The notes under the pieces: model-generated
Databases searched by the model: none
What the model was told of the DNA's origin: nothing
The model's input: only the letters and a program-made list of their open reading frames with translations
Shown: positions 26,807 through 36,006 of the stretch, one piece after another
Numbering within the stretch: the first letter of the stretch is position 1
Layout: the number at the start of each line of letters is the position of its first letter
Program-made: the position numbers and the translations under genes
From: Candidatus Eiseniibacteriota bacterium
GTDB lineage: Bacteria > Eisenbacteria > RBG-16-71-46
DNA length: 58,534 bases
NCBI GenBank assembly: GCA_005893295.1
Contig: VBOY01000072.1
Span: 1-58,534, forward strand
Direction: 5' to 3'

Positions 26807-28624
26807 TCAATGGCATGGTTCGAACGCCCACGAGTAGAGACCCACCAACATGATGAGCAGGCCCGGAATGCCGAACCACCAACCGAAGATCATCCCCGAC
26901 ATGAGGAGCGCGATCCCGAGCGCGGCGACCGCCGGCCAGTACGAGCTCGGCGGCATGTGAATCGGCCCGCGGACGCGGTTCACGTCCTTGATCAAGTCGC
27001 TCGCGTCGGCTTCCCACAGCGGGTGCACACTGTGGACGGTCGGGATGCTGGCGAAGTTGTAGGCCGGCGGCGGCGAGGGAATCGCCCACTCGAGGGTGGC
27101 TCCACCCCACGGATCGCTCCCCGTGGTCTCGCCCGACCGCACACTGCGCAAGAAGTTCACGATGAACACCAGAGTCGCGATCACGATCGCGAACACGCCT
27201 ACGGTGGAAATCATGTTCATGGTGTCGAAGCCGAGACCGGGCGCGTATGTGTAGACGCGTCGCGGCATCCCGAGCAGGCCAACGAAGTGCATCGGGAAGA
27301 AGGTGACGTTGAGCGCGATGATGTTGAGCCAGAAGTGGATCTGCCCGAGCCGCTCGTCGAGCAGGCGCCCGGTGATCTTGGGGAACCAGTAGTAGATCCC
27401 GGCGAAGATCCCCATGATGGCGCCGCCGAAGAGCACGTAGTGGATGTGCGCGACCACGAAGTAGGTGTCGGTCTGCTGGAGATCCGCGGGTGGCGAGGCG
27501 TGCATGACGCCGGAGAGTCCGCCCATGATGAACATCGCGATGAACCCCACCGCGAACAGCATCGCCGTCTTGAGCTCGACCCGGCCGCCCCACATCGTGG
27601 CGATCCAGTTGAAGATCTTCACGCCGGTGGGGATGGCGATGAGCATGGTGGTGAGGGCGAAGAACGAGTCCGCGATCGGTCCCAGCCCGACCGAGAACAT
27701 GTGGTGGCTCCAGACCCCCCACCCCATGAAGCCGATGAAGATGCCCGAGTACACCACGACCGGGTAACCGAACAGAGGCTTCCTCGAGAACGTGGGCAAC
27801 ACCTCGGAAACGATCCCCATCGCCGGCAGGATGAGGATGTACACCTCGGGGTGACCGAACAGCCAGAACAAGTGCTGCCACAGCACCGGGTCCGCCCCGC
27901 TGGCGGGAACGTAGAAGTTGGTGCCCACGAAACGGTCGAACAGCAGGAACACCAGGGCCACGGTGATCACCGGGAACGCCAAGATGATCAGGAAGGCGGT
28001 CACCAGCGTCATCCAGGCGAAGACCGGCATTCGCATGAGCTTCATGCCCGGGGCGCGCAGGTTGATGATGGTGACGATGAAGTTGAACGCTGCGGCGAGC
28101 GACGAGATGCCCAGGACCTGCAGGCCAATCGCCCAGAAGTCGACCCCATGGCCGGGCGAGAACTGCTTCGACGTCAAGTTCGAGTAGCCGAACCAGCCGG
28201 TGTCCGGTGCTCCGCCCAGGAAGAAGCTCAGGTTGAGGAAGATGCCTCCGAGCAGGAACACCCAGTAGCTGAACGCGTTGAGCCTCGGGAACGCGACGTC
28301 GCGCGCGCCGATCTGGAGCGGAATGATGAAGTTGAAGAAGCTGGCCGAGAGCGGCATCACGGCGAGGAAGATCATCGTCGTCCCGTGCATGGTGAACAGC
28401 TGGTTGTAGAAGTCGGGACTGACGAACGTGTTCTCGGGGCGCGCGAGCTGGATGCGAATGAGCAGAGCTTCGAGCCCGCCGATCAGGAAGAAGAGAAACG
28501 CGGTGACGCCGTAGAGCACCCCGATCCGCTTGTGGTCGACCGTGGTGATCCAGCTCCACACCCCCGCCGCGAAGCTCGTGCGGGTTCCGGTCGCGACGCC
28601 GACGGGTGCGGTCGTGGTGGCCAT
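26807..28624 (-). CDS. ctaD: Cytochrome c oxidase subunit I
   Basis: 605 aa with the heme-copper oxidase motifs ..MIFLAVMP.., WLFGHPEVYILILPAMG and ..HHMF... Confidence 0.95.
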   Translation of the reverse strand: MATTTAPVGVATGTRTSFAAGVWSWITTVDHKRIGVLYGVTAFLFFLIGGLEALLIRIQLARPENTFVSPDFYNQLFTMHGTTMIFLAVMPLSASFFNFIIPLQIGARDVAFPRLNAFSYWVFLLGGIFLNLSFFLGGAPDTGWFGYSNLTSKQFSPGHGVDFWAIGLQVLGISSLAAAFNFIVTIINLRAPGMKLMRMPVFAWMTLVTAFLIILAFPVITVALVFLLFDRFVGTNFYVPASGADPVLWQHLFWLFGHPEVYILILPAMGIVSEVLPTFSRKPLFGYPVVVYSGIFIGFMGWGVWSHHMFSVGLGPIADSFFALTTMLIAIPTGVKIFNWIATMWGGRVELKTAMLFAVGFIAMFIMGGLSGVMHASPPADLQQTDTYFVVAHIHYVLFGGAIMGIFAGIYYWFPKITGRLLDERLGQIHFWLNIIALNVTFFPMHFVGLLGMPRRVYTYAPGLGFDTMNMISTVGVFAIVIATLVFIVNFLRSVRSGETTGSDPWGGATLEWAIPSPPPAYNFASIPTVHSVHPLWEADASDLIKDVNRVRGPIHMPPSSYWPAVAALGIALLMSGMIFGWWFGIPGLLIMLVGLYSWAFEPCH

Positions 28625-28633
28625 GGGTCTCCT

Positions 28634-29659
28634 CTACTTGAGGCTCTGGAGATACGCCACGACCGCGGCGATCTGGTCGGGCGCGAGCCCGAGCTTGGGC
28701 ATGATGGAGCCGGGTTTGCGCACCGGCGGATCCTGGATCCACTTAGCCATCTCTTCCGGCGTGTTCGGGTACAGGGCCCCGGCGAGCGAGGTGCGCGTTC
28801 CGACGTGGGTCAGGTTGGGACCGATCGTGCCGGGCGAGATCCCGGCGATGGTGTGGCACGCGACGCAGCCCGCGGTCAAGAAGACCTGCTTGCCCTTGCC
28901 CGCCAGCGAGGTCGAGTCGGGCTCGACCGGCGGACGCTTCTGCGCTGCGACCCAGGCCTCGAAGTCCTCGCGGGACTGGACCATGAGCTTCATCCGCATG
29001 TTGGCGTGCGAGACCCCGCAGAACTCGGCGCATTGGCCGGGGAACGTCCCGATCTTCTCGGGCGTGAACCACATCGCATTCGTGTGCGTCGGGATGACGT
29101 CGCGCTTCCCCCCCATCGCCGGGAACCAGAAGCTATGGATGACGTCCGCGGTCTGGAGGGAGATCGCCACCGGCTGTCCGATCGGCACGTGCAGCTCGCT
29201 CGCGGTCGTGATGTCGAGCCCCGGGTACTGGAATTCCCACCACCATTGATGGCCCACGACCTTGACTTCGAGCGCGCCAGCGGGTGGCTTCGATTGGGTC
29301 TTGAAGATCGTCACCACGGTCGGCACCGCGATGAACGCCAGGATGACGGCCGGCGCGATGGTCCAGCCGATCTCGAGACCCGTATGTCCGTGGGTCATCT
29401 TCGGCTCGGGGAGTCCGGGGCGGTTGCGGAAGCGCACCACGGCCACCACCAGTGCTCCTTCCACGAGCACGAAGATGACCACCACCCAGAACATCAGGTC
29501 CTCGAGCAGGCGTTGAATTTGGGAGGCGTAGTCGGCCTGCGGGTGCAGTGAGCTCTGGGGAAACTGTCGTAGCGTGCACCCCAACGACAGCAGCGGCAGC
29601 AGGACCAGAAGTGCCGAGATCGATCGCAGGAACCGCGTTCCGCGCGCGGAAGCCGCCAA
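28634..29659 (-). CDS. ctaC: Cytochrome c oxidase subunit II with a fused C-terminal cytochrome c domain (caa3-type)
   Basis: 341 aa with the CuA motif CAEFCGVSHANM and a C-terminal heme-c motif CVACH. Confidence 0.9.
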   Translation of the reverse strand: MAASARGTRFLRSISALLVLLPLLSLGCTLRQFPQSSLHPQADYASQIQRLLEDLMFWVVVIFVLVEGALVVAVVRFRNRPGLPEPKMTHGHTGLEIGWTIAPAVILAFIAVPTVVTIFKTQSKPPAGALEVKVVGHQWWWEFQYPGLDITTASELHVPIGQPVAISLQTADVIHSFWFPAMGGKRDVIPTHTNAMWFTPEKIGTFPGQCAEFCGVSHANMRMKLMVQSREDFEAWVAAQKRPPVEPDSTSLAGKGKQVFLTAGCVACHTIAGISPGTIGPNLTHVGTRTSLAGALYPNTPEEMAKWIQDPPVRKPGSIMPKLGLAPDQIAAVVAYLQSLK

Positions 29660-29777
29660 TGCGCTCTCCTCAGTTCGGCGTGCCCTCGAAAAAGACCGCG
29701 CGGCACGCTACCACGGGCCGATGGCGAAGTGAAGGGATGAGATCGCGCGGGGGGCGCGCAGCCCGCCTCGCCGCGCG

Positions 29778-30671
29778 TCACCTTCCGATCGCAGCGTCCA
29801 CGGTCAGCACCAGGAACAGAACGAACAGGTAGACGATCGAGAAACGGAACAGCTGGACGGCATGCGGGATGGCTCCAGTGCGCCACAGCCGCAGCGCGTA
29901 GTGGACGAACGCCGCGCCCAGCGCCAGCGAGCCGATCGCGTAGATCGGGCCCGCCGCCCGGAGCGGCACCAGCGCCAGTGAGACCGGGATCAGCGCCAAG
30001 GTGTAGATCACGATCTGCCGCCGGGTCTCGGGCTCGCCATGGGTGACCGGCAACATCGGCAGGTTTGCGCGCAGGTAGTCGTCGCGGCGATAGAGCGACA
30101 GCGCCCAGAAATGAGGAGGCGTCCAGAAGAAGACGATTGCCGCGAGCAGCACCGCGGGAAGTCCGACGTGGCCGGTGACCGCCGCCCAGGCGATCAATGG
30201 CGCCGAGGCGCCGGCTCCGCCCCCGATCACGATGTTCTGCGGCGTGCGCCGCTTGAGCCACGCCGAGTACACCACGGCGTAATAGAAGATGGACGCCATC
30301 GCGATTGCGGCCGCGAGCAGCTGGGTCCAAGTCACCAGGACCCACCAGGCCAGGGCGCCGAGCGTCACGCCGAGGGCAACGGCGTGGTATGGCGCCAGCA
30401 GGCCCGAGGGCAGCGGCCGGTCGCGGGTGCGCCTCATCACGGCGTCGATGTCTCGATCGACGTAGTGGTTGAAGCTCGCCGCCGAGGCCGCGGCGAGCGC
30501 GACCCCGGCCAGCGCGCCCCAGAACACGCCAGGAGCCGGCAGGCCGTGTGCCGCCATGAGGAGCGCCGGCAGCCCGGTCACCACCACCAGAGAGACGATG
30601 CGCGGCTTGGTCAGCTCGAGGTAGCCGAGCGCCACCCGGCGCGCGGCGGGGCGGGCGACGGTGGCGCTCAC
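29778..30671 (-). CDS. ctaB: Protoheme IX farnesyltransferase (heme O synthase)
   Basis: UbiA-family motifs LELTKPRI and NHYVDRDIDAVMRRTRDRPLPSG. I chose the start at GTG 30671, which overlaps the ctaA stop (GTGA). The track ORF extends to 31016. Confidence 0.85.
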   Translation of the reverse strand: MSATVARPAARRVALGYLELTKPRIVSLVVVTGLPALLMAAHGLPAPGVFWGALAGVALAAASAASFNHYVDRDIDAVMRRTRDRPLPSGLLAPYHAVALGVTLGALAWWVLVTWTQLLAAAIAMASIFYYAVVYSAWLKRRTPQNIVIGGGAGASAPLIAWAAVTGHVGLPAVLLAAIVFFWTPPHFWALSLYRRDDYLRANLPMLPVTHGEPETRRQIVIYTLALIPVSLALVPLRAAGPIYAIGSLALGAAFVHYALRLWRTGAIPHAVQLFRFSIVYLFVLFLVLTVDAAIGR

Positions 30672-31591
30672 GGGGCCGCCGCCGCGAGCATCCGCTCGCT
30701 CACCGGGAGCATCGCCGAGCGGCAGGTGGCGGTCACCAGCAGCGCCAAGATCGCGGTCGCCGTCGCCAGGTGCGCGGCGGAGAGCCACCACGGTGTGCCG
30801 AGCAGCACGTTCATGATGCCGATCATCACCTGGACTGCGGTGAGCGTGAGCGCCAAGAGCGTCCCACGCCGCACTCCCAGATCGGGCGCCGACCAGCCCT
30901 GCGTCGCCGCCCACAGGACCAACGGCACCAAGGCGTACGCGCCGTAGCGGTGCGCCATGTGGAGACCCACCAGCCCGCGCAGCGGCGGCAGCCACTCGCC
31001 GTTGCAGGTCGGCCAATCAGGGCACGCGAGCCCGGCGTGGTTCGCGCTCACCGTGGCGCCGAGCAACGCCTGCCCGAAGGTGCCGATCGCCGCGAGCGCG
31101 CAGGACGGCAGCAGCCACGTCGAGCGGGCGGGGCGCGGCTCGGGGCTGGCCTCGGCCCGGGCCCCCACCGTGAGCACGATCAAGGTCGAGAACAGCAGGA
31201 GCGCCACGCCGAGGTGCGCCGCGACGACGCTCGGGTCGAGCAGCTTCCACACCGTGAGCGCGCCCAGCACGACTTGCACCACGAGCAGTCCGACGCACAG
31301 CAGCGCCACGCCGCCCAGGCGGGCCCGCACCTCGCGGCGGGCCACGATCCACGCCACGGTGGCGAACAGCAGCACGCTCACCATCAGCGCAACCAGCCGG
31401 TGAAGCCACTCGACCAGCACGTTGAACTGGAGCGGCGGAATCAGGCGTCCCTGGCATAGCGGCCAGTCGGGGCAAGCGAGCCCGGAGCCGGTCGTACGGA
31501 CCACCGAGCCGATCACGATCAGCCCGAACATGACCAGCATCGTGGTCAGCGTGAGGCGCGAGGCGATGCGAAACGACTGGGTGGGGGTCAC
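30668..31591 (-). CDS. ctaA: Heme A synthase (COX15/CtaA family)
   Basis: Duplicated motifs GSGLACPDWPLC and HAGLACPDWPTC in a multi-TM protein. I chose the start at GTG 31591 (GGAGAA upstream). The track ORF extends to 31774. Confidence 0.8.
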   Translation of the reverse strand: MTPTQSFRIASRLTLTTMLVMFGLIVIGSVVRTTGSGLACPDWPLCQGRLIPPLQFNVLVEWLHRLVALMVSVLLFATVAWIVARREVRARLGGVALLCVGLLVVQVVLGALTVWKLLDPSVVAAHLGVALLLFSTLIVLTVGARAEASPEPRPARSTWLLPSCALAAIGTFGQALLGATVSANHAGLACPDWPTCNGEWLPPLRGLVGLHMAHRYGAYALVPLVLWAATQGWSAPDLGVRRGTLLALTLTAVQVMIGIMNVLLGTPWWLSAAHLATATAILALLVTATCRSAMLPVSERMLAAAAP

Positions 31592-31663
31592 GATGCGGGC
31601 TTCTCCGGGGCGTCGTGGGACCGATCCGCCGCGCAACGGCGCCGTGCCATGATGGAACGGCAG

Positions 31664-31692
31664 TTCAGAATGGGACTCGACGCTAGCATAAT
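31664..31692 (+). promoter_or_regulatory. Candidate sigma-70 promoter for the OsmC-like gene
   Basis: TTCAGA-N17-CATAAT, with AAAGGAG 4 nt before ATG 31773. Confidence 0.4.
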
Positions 31693-31772
31693 GCCCGTGG
31701 TTTGCAACCCGTCCGACGCGGCGAGCCGAGTCCGGAAGCCCGGAATGGTGTCCGTCGCGAGAAAGGAGTCGC

Positions 31773-32234
31773 ATGAGCCCATCCTTCTACGACGCGCAGG
31801 CAACGGTGCACAAGATCCAAGGGCTCCATCGTCGCGCCACGATCGCCACCGGAGTCACGATGGAGTTGGGCGTTCATGGACCGATCAAGGACTTCTACCG
31901 ACTCTCGCCCGAGCGCGACTTGCCGCTCCCGGTCGACTACATCGTCGCCGCCACCGGCGGCTGAATGCTGGGAACCCTCAACGGCGCACTGGAGGTGCGC
32001 CAGGTCCGGCTGGATCCCGACGCGATCGCGGCCGAAGTGGTCGGAGCTCACGAGGTACGGGAAGGCCTCCCGGTGCTGCGCGAGATCCGGATCCGGTACC
32101 GCTTGCGGGTGCCGGCGGCCGCGCGCGAGACGGTCGACCGCGCGCTCGCTCGTCACCAAGACAAGTGCCCGACGGCGGCCTCGCTCAAGGGGGCGGTCGA
32201 AGTGAGCTGGACCGCCGAGATCGAAGAGGTCTGA
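31773..32234 (+). CDS. OsmC/Ohr-family peroxiredoxin-like protein with an in-frame UGA (31962-31964) at the active-site Cys position; probable selenoprotein
   Basis: Track ORFs 31773-31964 and 31965-32234 are contiguous and in the same frame, separated only by TGA. Joined they give 153 aa: ..PVDYIVAATGG-U-MLGTLNGALE ... HQDKCPTAASL. This matches OsmC topology with its two conserved Cys positions. Confidence 0.6.
31971..32007 (+). promoter_or_regulatory. SECIS-like RNA hairpin downstream of the in-frame UGA
   Basis: Upper stem GGCGCAC / GTGCGCC (31983-31989 / 31995-32001) with loop TGGAG. A possible lower stem is GGAACC / GGTCC. The loop G lies about 27-29 nt after the UGA. Confidence 0.45.
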
Positions 32235-33269
32235 CTGGGCGCGCCGACTCGACCCGACTCGGATCGCGAGGCGATCCGCTACTGCTGGTCGGCGCTGCCG
32301 CGCGTCTCGCGCACGTTCGCGCTCAACATCCGCCTGCTGCGCGGCACGCTCGGCGACGCGGTTTGCATCGGCTACCTCTTGTGCCGTGCCGCCGATGCGC
32401 TCGAGGATTCGTGGCCGGGCGATTCCGACGCGCTGCGCGAACGCTTCGCGAGGCTGCTCTCGTCGTTCACCGGGGACCGTGCGGCCGCGGCCGACCTCGC
32501 GGCGCGCGCCGCGTCCCAGCCGCCGCGCGACGATCTCACGTTGGTCGCCCATCTCCCCCGCGTGCTCGCCGCGCTCGAGCGCCTGCCCGAGGCGCATCGC
32601 GCCGCAGTCGTCTGCGGAGCCACCACTCTGGCGCGCGGCATGTCCCGCTACGCGACCCGCGCCGCGGGGCGCCCGCGCGAGGCCCCCTACCTCGACACCG
32701 AGGCCGAGCTCGAAGACTACTGCTTCGTGGTCGCGGGGTGCGTGGGCGTGATGCTGACCGAGCTGTTCGCCGCCGAGGAAGGGGCCGGAGACCGCGCGAC
32801 GCACGCTCGGCGCCTGGCCCTGGCCCCGGCGGTGGGCCGCGCGCTTCAGCTCACGAACATCCTGCTCGACTGGCCCGCGGATCTCAGACGCGGTCGCTGT
32901 CACCTGCCGGCCTCGTGGCTCGCCGAGCACGGCCTCGCTCCCCATCAGCTCGTGGGTGCCGCCACGCGCGCGACCGAGTCGCTGGCGCGGCGGCTGGAAG
33001 AGAAGGCGCGCGAGGCGTTGGCCTCGGTCCCCGACTATGTGGAGTCGATCCCGGGCCGCTGCGTCCGGTTCCGCCTCTTCTGTTTGTGGCCCGCCTTGTG
33101 GGCGCTGGGGTCGCTCGAGCACGCGCGGCGCGATCCGCATTTTCCATGGGGGCCTGAACGACCGCGCTTGCCGCGACGCGCGTTGCTCGGGTCCGCCGTG
33201 GGCTCGCTCGTCTTGCAGCCGGCGGCGCTGTCGAGCCTGCGCGGCGCGATCCGCGGCGGGCGAGCCTAG
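32235..33269 (+). CDS. Squalene synthase-like (FDFT1/ERG9-type) farnesyl-diphosphate farnesyltransferase family protein; the 5' end is unresolved
   Basis: Motifs YCWSALPRVSRTFALNIRLL, AVCIGYLLCRAADALED, YCFVVAGCVG and NILLDWPADLRRGR. The conserved N-terminal motifs lie upstream of the first canonical start (TTG 32379), and the frame is open back to the osmC stop. Confidence 0.7.
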   Translation: MGAPTRPDSDREAIRYCWSALPRVSRTFALNIRLLRGTLGDAVCIGYLLCRAADALEDSWPGDSDALRERFARLLSSFTGDRAAAADLAARAASQPPRDDLTLVAHLPRVLAALERLPEAHRAAVVCGATTLARGMSRYATRAAGRPREAPYLDTEAELEDYCFVVAGCVGVMLTELFAAEEGAGDRATHARRLALAPAVGRALQLTNILLDWPADLRRGRCHLPASWLAEHGLAPHQLVGAATRATESLARRLEEKAREALASVPDYVESIPGRCVRFRLFCLWPALWALGSLEHARRDPHFPWGPERPRLPRRALLGSAVGSLVLQPAALSSLRGAIRGGRA

Positions 33270-34517
33270 CCCAGCTTCTCGGTGAGCACCGGCTCGGTCG
33301 TCCTTCCGGCCTCGCGCGCGGCGATCACGCGCAGGCGGTACGCCACCCACAGCGCTCCTCCGAGCAGCACGATCCCCGAAAGGCTGGTCGCGACCGGCGC
33401 TCCGAAGCGCTGGGCGATCGCGCCCGCCGCCAGGGATCCGAGCGGGGCGGTGCCGATGAACATGAGCGTGTAGAGGCTCATCACTCGCCCGCGCAGGCGG
33501 TCCTCGGTGGTGAGCTGGAGCAGCGTGTTGGTGCTCGCCACATAGAGGATGAGCCCGAAGCCAGCCGCGAAGCCCATCGCCAACGTGAGCGGCATCGATC
33601 GCGACCAGGCGAACACACCCATCCCCACGCCGGCCGAGGCGAGCCCGACCAATAGGTTGCGGCGCAGCCTCCAGCGATCGAGCCGCCTGGTCATTGCCAC
33701 CGCCGCGAGCAGCGATCCCAGGCCGAACGCCGACACCATCAGCCCGTAGCCCTCTGCACCCGCGTGCAGGATCTGGCGCGCGTAGACCGGAAGCAGCAAC
33801 GTGTACTGAAAGCCCAAGCCGCAGGTGACGCCGAGCGTAGCGCACCCCTTCGCCCAGGGTGGAAAGGGTGCTCGCCGTGCGGGGAACTTGGCGTGACGGC
33901 AGCTCCATGCGCGCGAGCGCGATGATCACGGCAACGAACGAGAGCGCGTTGAGCCAGAAGCACGCCGCCTCGCCGGCGCTCGCCACCAGCAACCCGGCCA
34001 CCGCCGGCCCCAACACGCGCGCGACGTTGAAGGCGGCCGAGTTGAGCGCGATCGCGTTCGACAGATCCTCCTTGCCGACCAGCTCGACCAGGAACGATTG
34101 GCGCGCCGGGAGATCGAAGGCGCTGATCGTGCCGAACACCAAGGCGAGACCGAGCACCATCCACGGCCTCACCACACCAGCGCTCACCAGGGCGGCGAGC
34201 GTAGCGGCCTGCACCAGCGCCCAGCTCTGCGTGATCAGGATGAGTCGACGCTTGTCCATCCGATCGACCACCACGCCCGCCCACAGCGAGAGCAGCATCA
34301 CCGGCAGGAACTGGGTGAAGCCGAGCAGCCCGAGCATCAAGGCGGAATTGGTGAGTCGGTGCATGAGCCAGCCCTGGGCGACGCTCTGCATCCACGTGCC
34401 GACGAGCGACAGCAACTGTCCGGTCCAGAAGAGTCGGAAATTGCGATGCGAAAGCGCGCGAAAGCGGCCGCGGAGAGCGGCCATCGAGACTTCCACGCTA
34501 GGTCGTCCCTTCGCCAC
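33266..34517 (-). pseudogene. MFS transporter (EntS/MFS_3-like), frameshifted as assembled
   Basis: The N-terminal half is the first ~210 aa of track ORF 31683-34517 (..FRLFWTGQLLSLVGTWMQ..). The C-terminal half is track ORF 33266-33817 and its upstream extension (ATLGVTCGLGFQYTLLLPVYA...). The frame switch is near 33833-33842. Confidence 0.7.
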
Positions 34518-34541
34518 GACCGAGGATCGAGTGAGCGGCCG

Positions 34542-35528
34542 TCACGGTGACGCGGCCGCCGCGGTGCTGTCTTCCGCGTGGCCCGGCATTCCGCTCGCGA
34601 GCCACTCGTGCACGGTGTCCGCGAACCACTCGGGCGCCGACAGCGGGTGCAGGTGCGAGGTCGCGGGCGACATGCGAAGCGCGGCGTCCGGCAGCAAACG
34701 CGACAGCTCGCTGGTGGCGGCGCGCGCCCAGGGCGTCTCGCGCTCGCCAACCACGAGCAGCGTAGGGCAGCGCAGGTGTGCCAGCGTGGCGCGCACGTCG
34801 TGCTCGAACGCCAGCGTCACGAGACGTCGAGCGAGCGGGAGCTCGATCGCGCGGATGCAGTAGCGCACGAACGAGAGCGTGCGTTCGTCGCAGCGGGCGT
34901 CGTAGACCCAGGCGTGGCGAGCGGCGAGCCATCGCGCCATGGGTGCCGCCAGCCGCTCCGGCAGGAAGCGCTGGCTCGCCAGCACCAGCGGCTGCTCCAC
35001 GTAGCGCTTCGCCCAGTAGCCCCGTGCGCTTCCCACGCGCGCGAAGCTGCTCGACAGGACGAGCGCCGCCACGCGCTCGGGCCGCGCGAGGGCCCACCGC
35101 TGCGCCAAGGCACCTCCCAAAGAGTGGCCCACCAGCAGGACCGGCCCCGGGACGAATGCGTCGGCGACCCGATCGAGATCGTCGACCAGATCCTCCCAGC
35201 GCGGGCGGTCCGCGAAGCGCACCCTCAAATCGAAGGTCACCACGTGAAAGTGGCGAGCCAGTGCCGGGACGGTCGCGATCCAGGCCTCCTTGAAACCCGG
35301 AAGCGGCGGCACGAGCAGGAGCGGTGGGCCGGCTCCTGATTCCACGACCTGGGTGGTACCGCCTTCCAGCTCGAAGGCCGTGGGTCGCCAGCCCGTTAGC
35401 CACGCTGGGTTCACGCGCCCCTGCCAGCCGTCGGGAAGGCAAACCGCGACCGGCTTCACTGCTGCTCCTCGCGACTCGCCCCCGCGTCGCGTCGGACCGA
35501 TTCCGTCGGGAGCTAAGTCATGTCTCAT
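34542..35528 (-). CDS. Alpha/beta-fold hydrolase
   Basis: Contains PPLLLVPPLPG, the nucleophile elbow VGHSLGG, and a C-terminal His region. The start codon is uncertain and may be an internal GTG. Confidence 0.75.
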   Translation of the reverse strand: MRHDLAPDGIGPTRRGGESRGAAVKPVAVCLPDGWQGRVNPAWLTGWRPTAFELEGGTTQVVESGAGPPLLLVPPLPGFKEAWIATVPALARHFHVVTFDLRVRFADRPRWEDLVDDLDRVADAFVPGPVLLVGHSLGGALAQRWALARPERVAALVLSSSFARVGSARGYWAKRYVEQPLVLASQRFLPERLAAPMARWLAARHAWVYDARCDERTLSFVRYCIRAIELPLARRLVTLAFEHDVRATLAHLRCPTLLVVGERETPWARAATSELSRLLPDAALRMSPATSHLHPLSAPEWFADTVHEWLASGMPGHAEDSTAAAASP

Positions 35529-36006
35529 CGCTCGAAGATCCTTCCCGTCGTGTTCCTTCTCTGGGCTTGGCTGATCCCCAACGCCGCGTGGGCGGACCCC
35601 GAGACTACGCCCGCCGGAGGGTCCCCGTCGTCCTCGGGCTCCGAGGCGTCCAGCGATAACGGTGGGCGGTCGAGATCTTCCGACCGTTCACGATCGTGGA
35701 GTCCATGCACCACCGCGAGGGCAGCGCCCTGAACCTGGCCCGGGTGGCGGCCATGAAGCAGGGGTTCGGCGGGGCATCGCAGCGGGCAGCGAAGGCCCGG
35801 GACGGGGAGCGACGTTCGTGGTCGAGCTCCCGGGGGTCCCGGCGAGCGACTCGCACCATGCGGAGGCGGCACCCTCGGACGCCGAGAAGGGCTCGGCCCC
35901 CGGTTCCGGCGACGACGTCGACCGCCTGGCGGCGTGATCGGCCCACCGCGATCGAATCCTCGAAACGATCCTGGACGCCGATGGCACCTGCGCCATGCGG
36001 GGCCCT
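35520..36006 (+). pseudogene. Remnant of a histidine kinase gene (signal-peptide ORF fused to the last ~60 aa of a HATPase_c domain, itself frameshifted)
   Basis: Frame 3 reads AVEIFRPFTIVESMHHREGSALNLARVAAMKQGFGG. Frame 2 then continues GIAAGSEGPGRGATFVVELPG (G2-box/terminal LP pattern). No H-box or N-box is found upstream, only MSHRSKILPVVFLLWAWLIPNAAWA. Confidence 0.5.

Noticed and set aside
26594-29551. 985-aa plus-strand ORF, the longest in this region of the track.
   Set aside because: It is exactly antisense to coxI/coxII, which have unmistakable oxidase motifs. Its translation is His/Arg/Asp/Gly-rich low complexity, typical of mirror-frame ORFs in high-GC DNA.
31633-31649. TGGCAC...TTGC on the reverse strand upstream of ctaA.
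   Set aside because: The spacing is GG-N12-GC, not the required N10.
31773-33269. Genome-wide UGA reassignment, or an OsmC-SQS fusion by readthrough. Both TGAs and all three ORFs share one frame.
   Set aside because: Many well-defined genes in the window terminate at TGA at the expected protein length (kinase, hsp20, anti-sigma, GT2). The two protein families are unrelated. Only the first UGA coincides with a conserved Cys and a hairpin.
33266-33269. The convergent SQS-like and MFS genes share a palindromic CTAG as overlapping stop codons.
   Set aside because: This is a trivial consequence of TAG being self-overlapping on both strands. It has no functional implication.
31683-34517. 944-aa minus-strand ORF.
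   Set aside because: Only the first ~210 aa (the MFS N-terminal half) are meaningful. After the frameshift near 33838, the frame runs on as nonsense, antisense to the SQS-like and OsmC-like genes.
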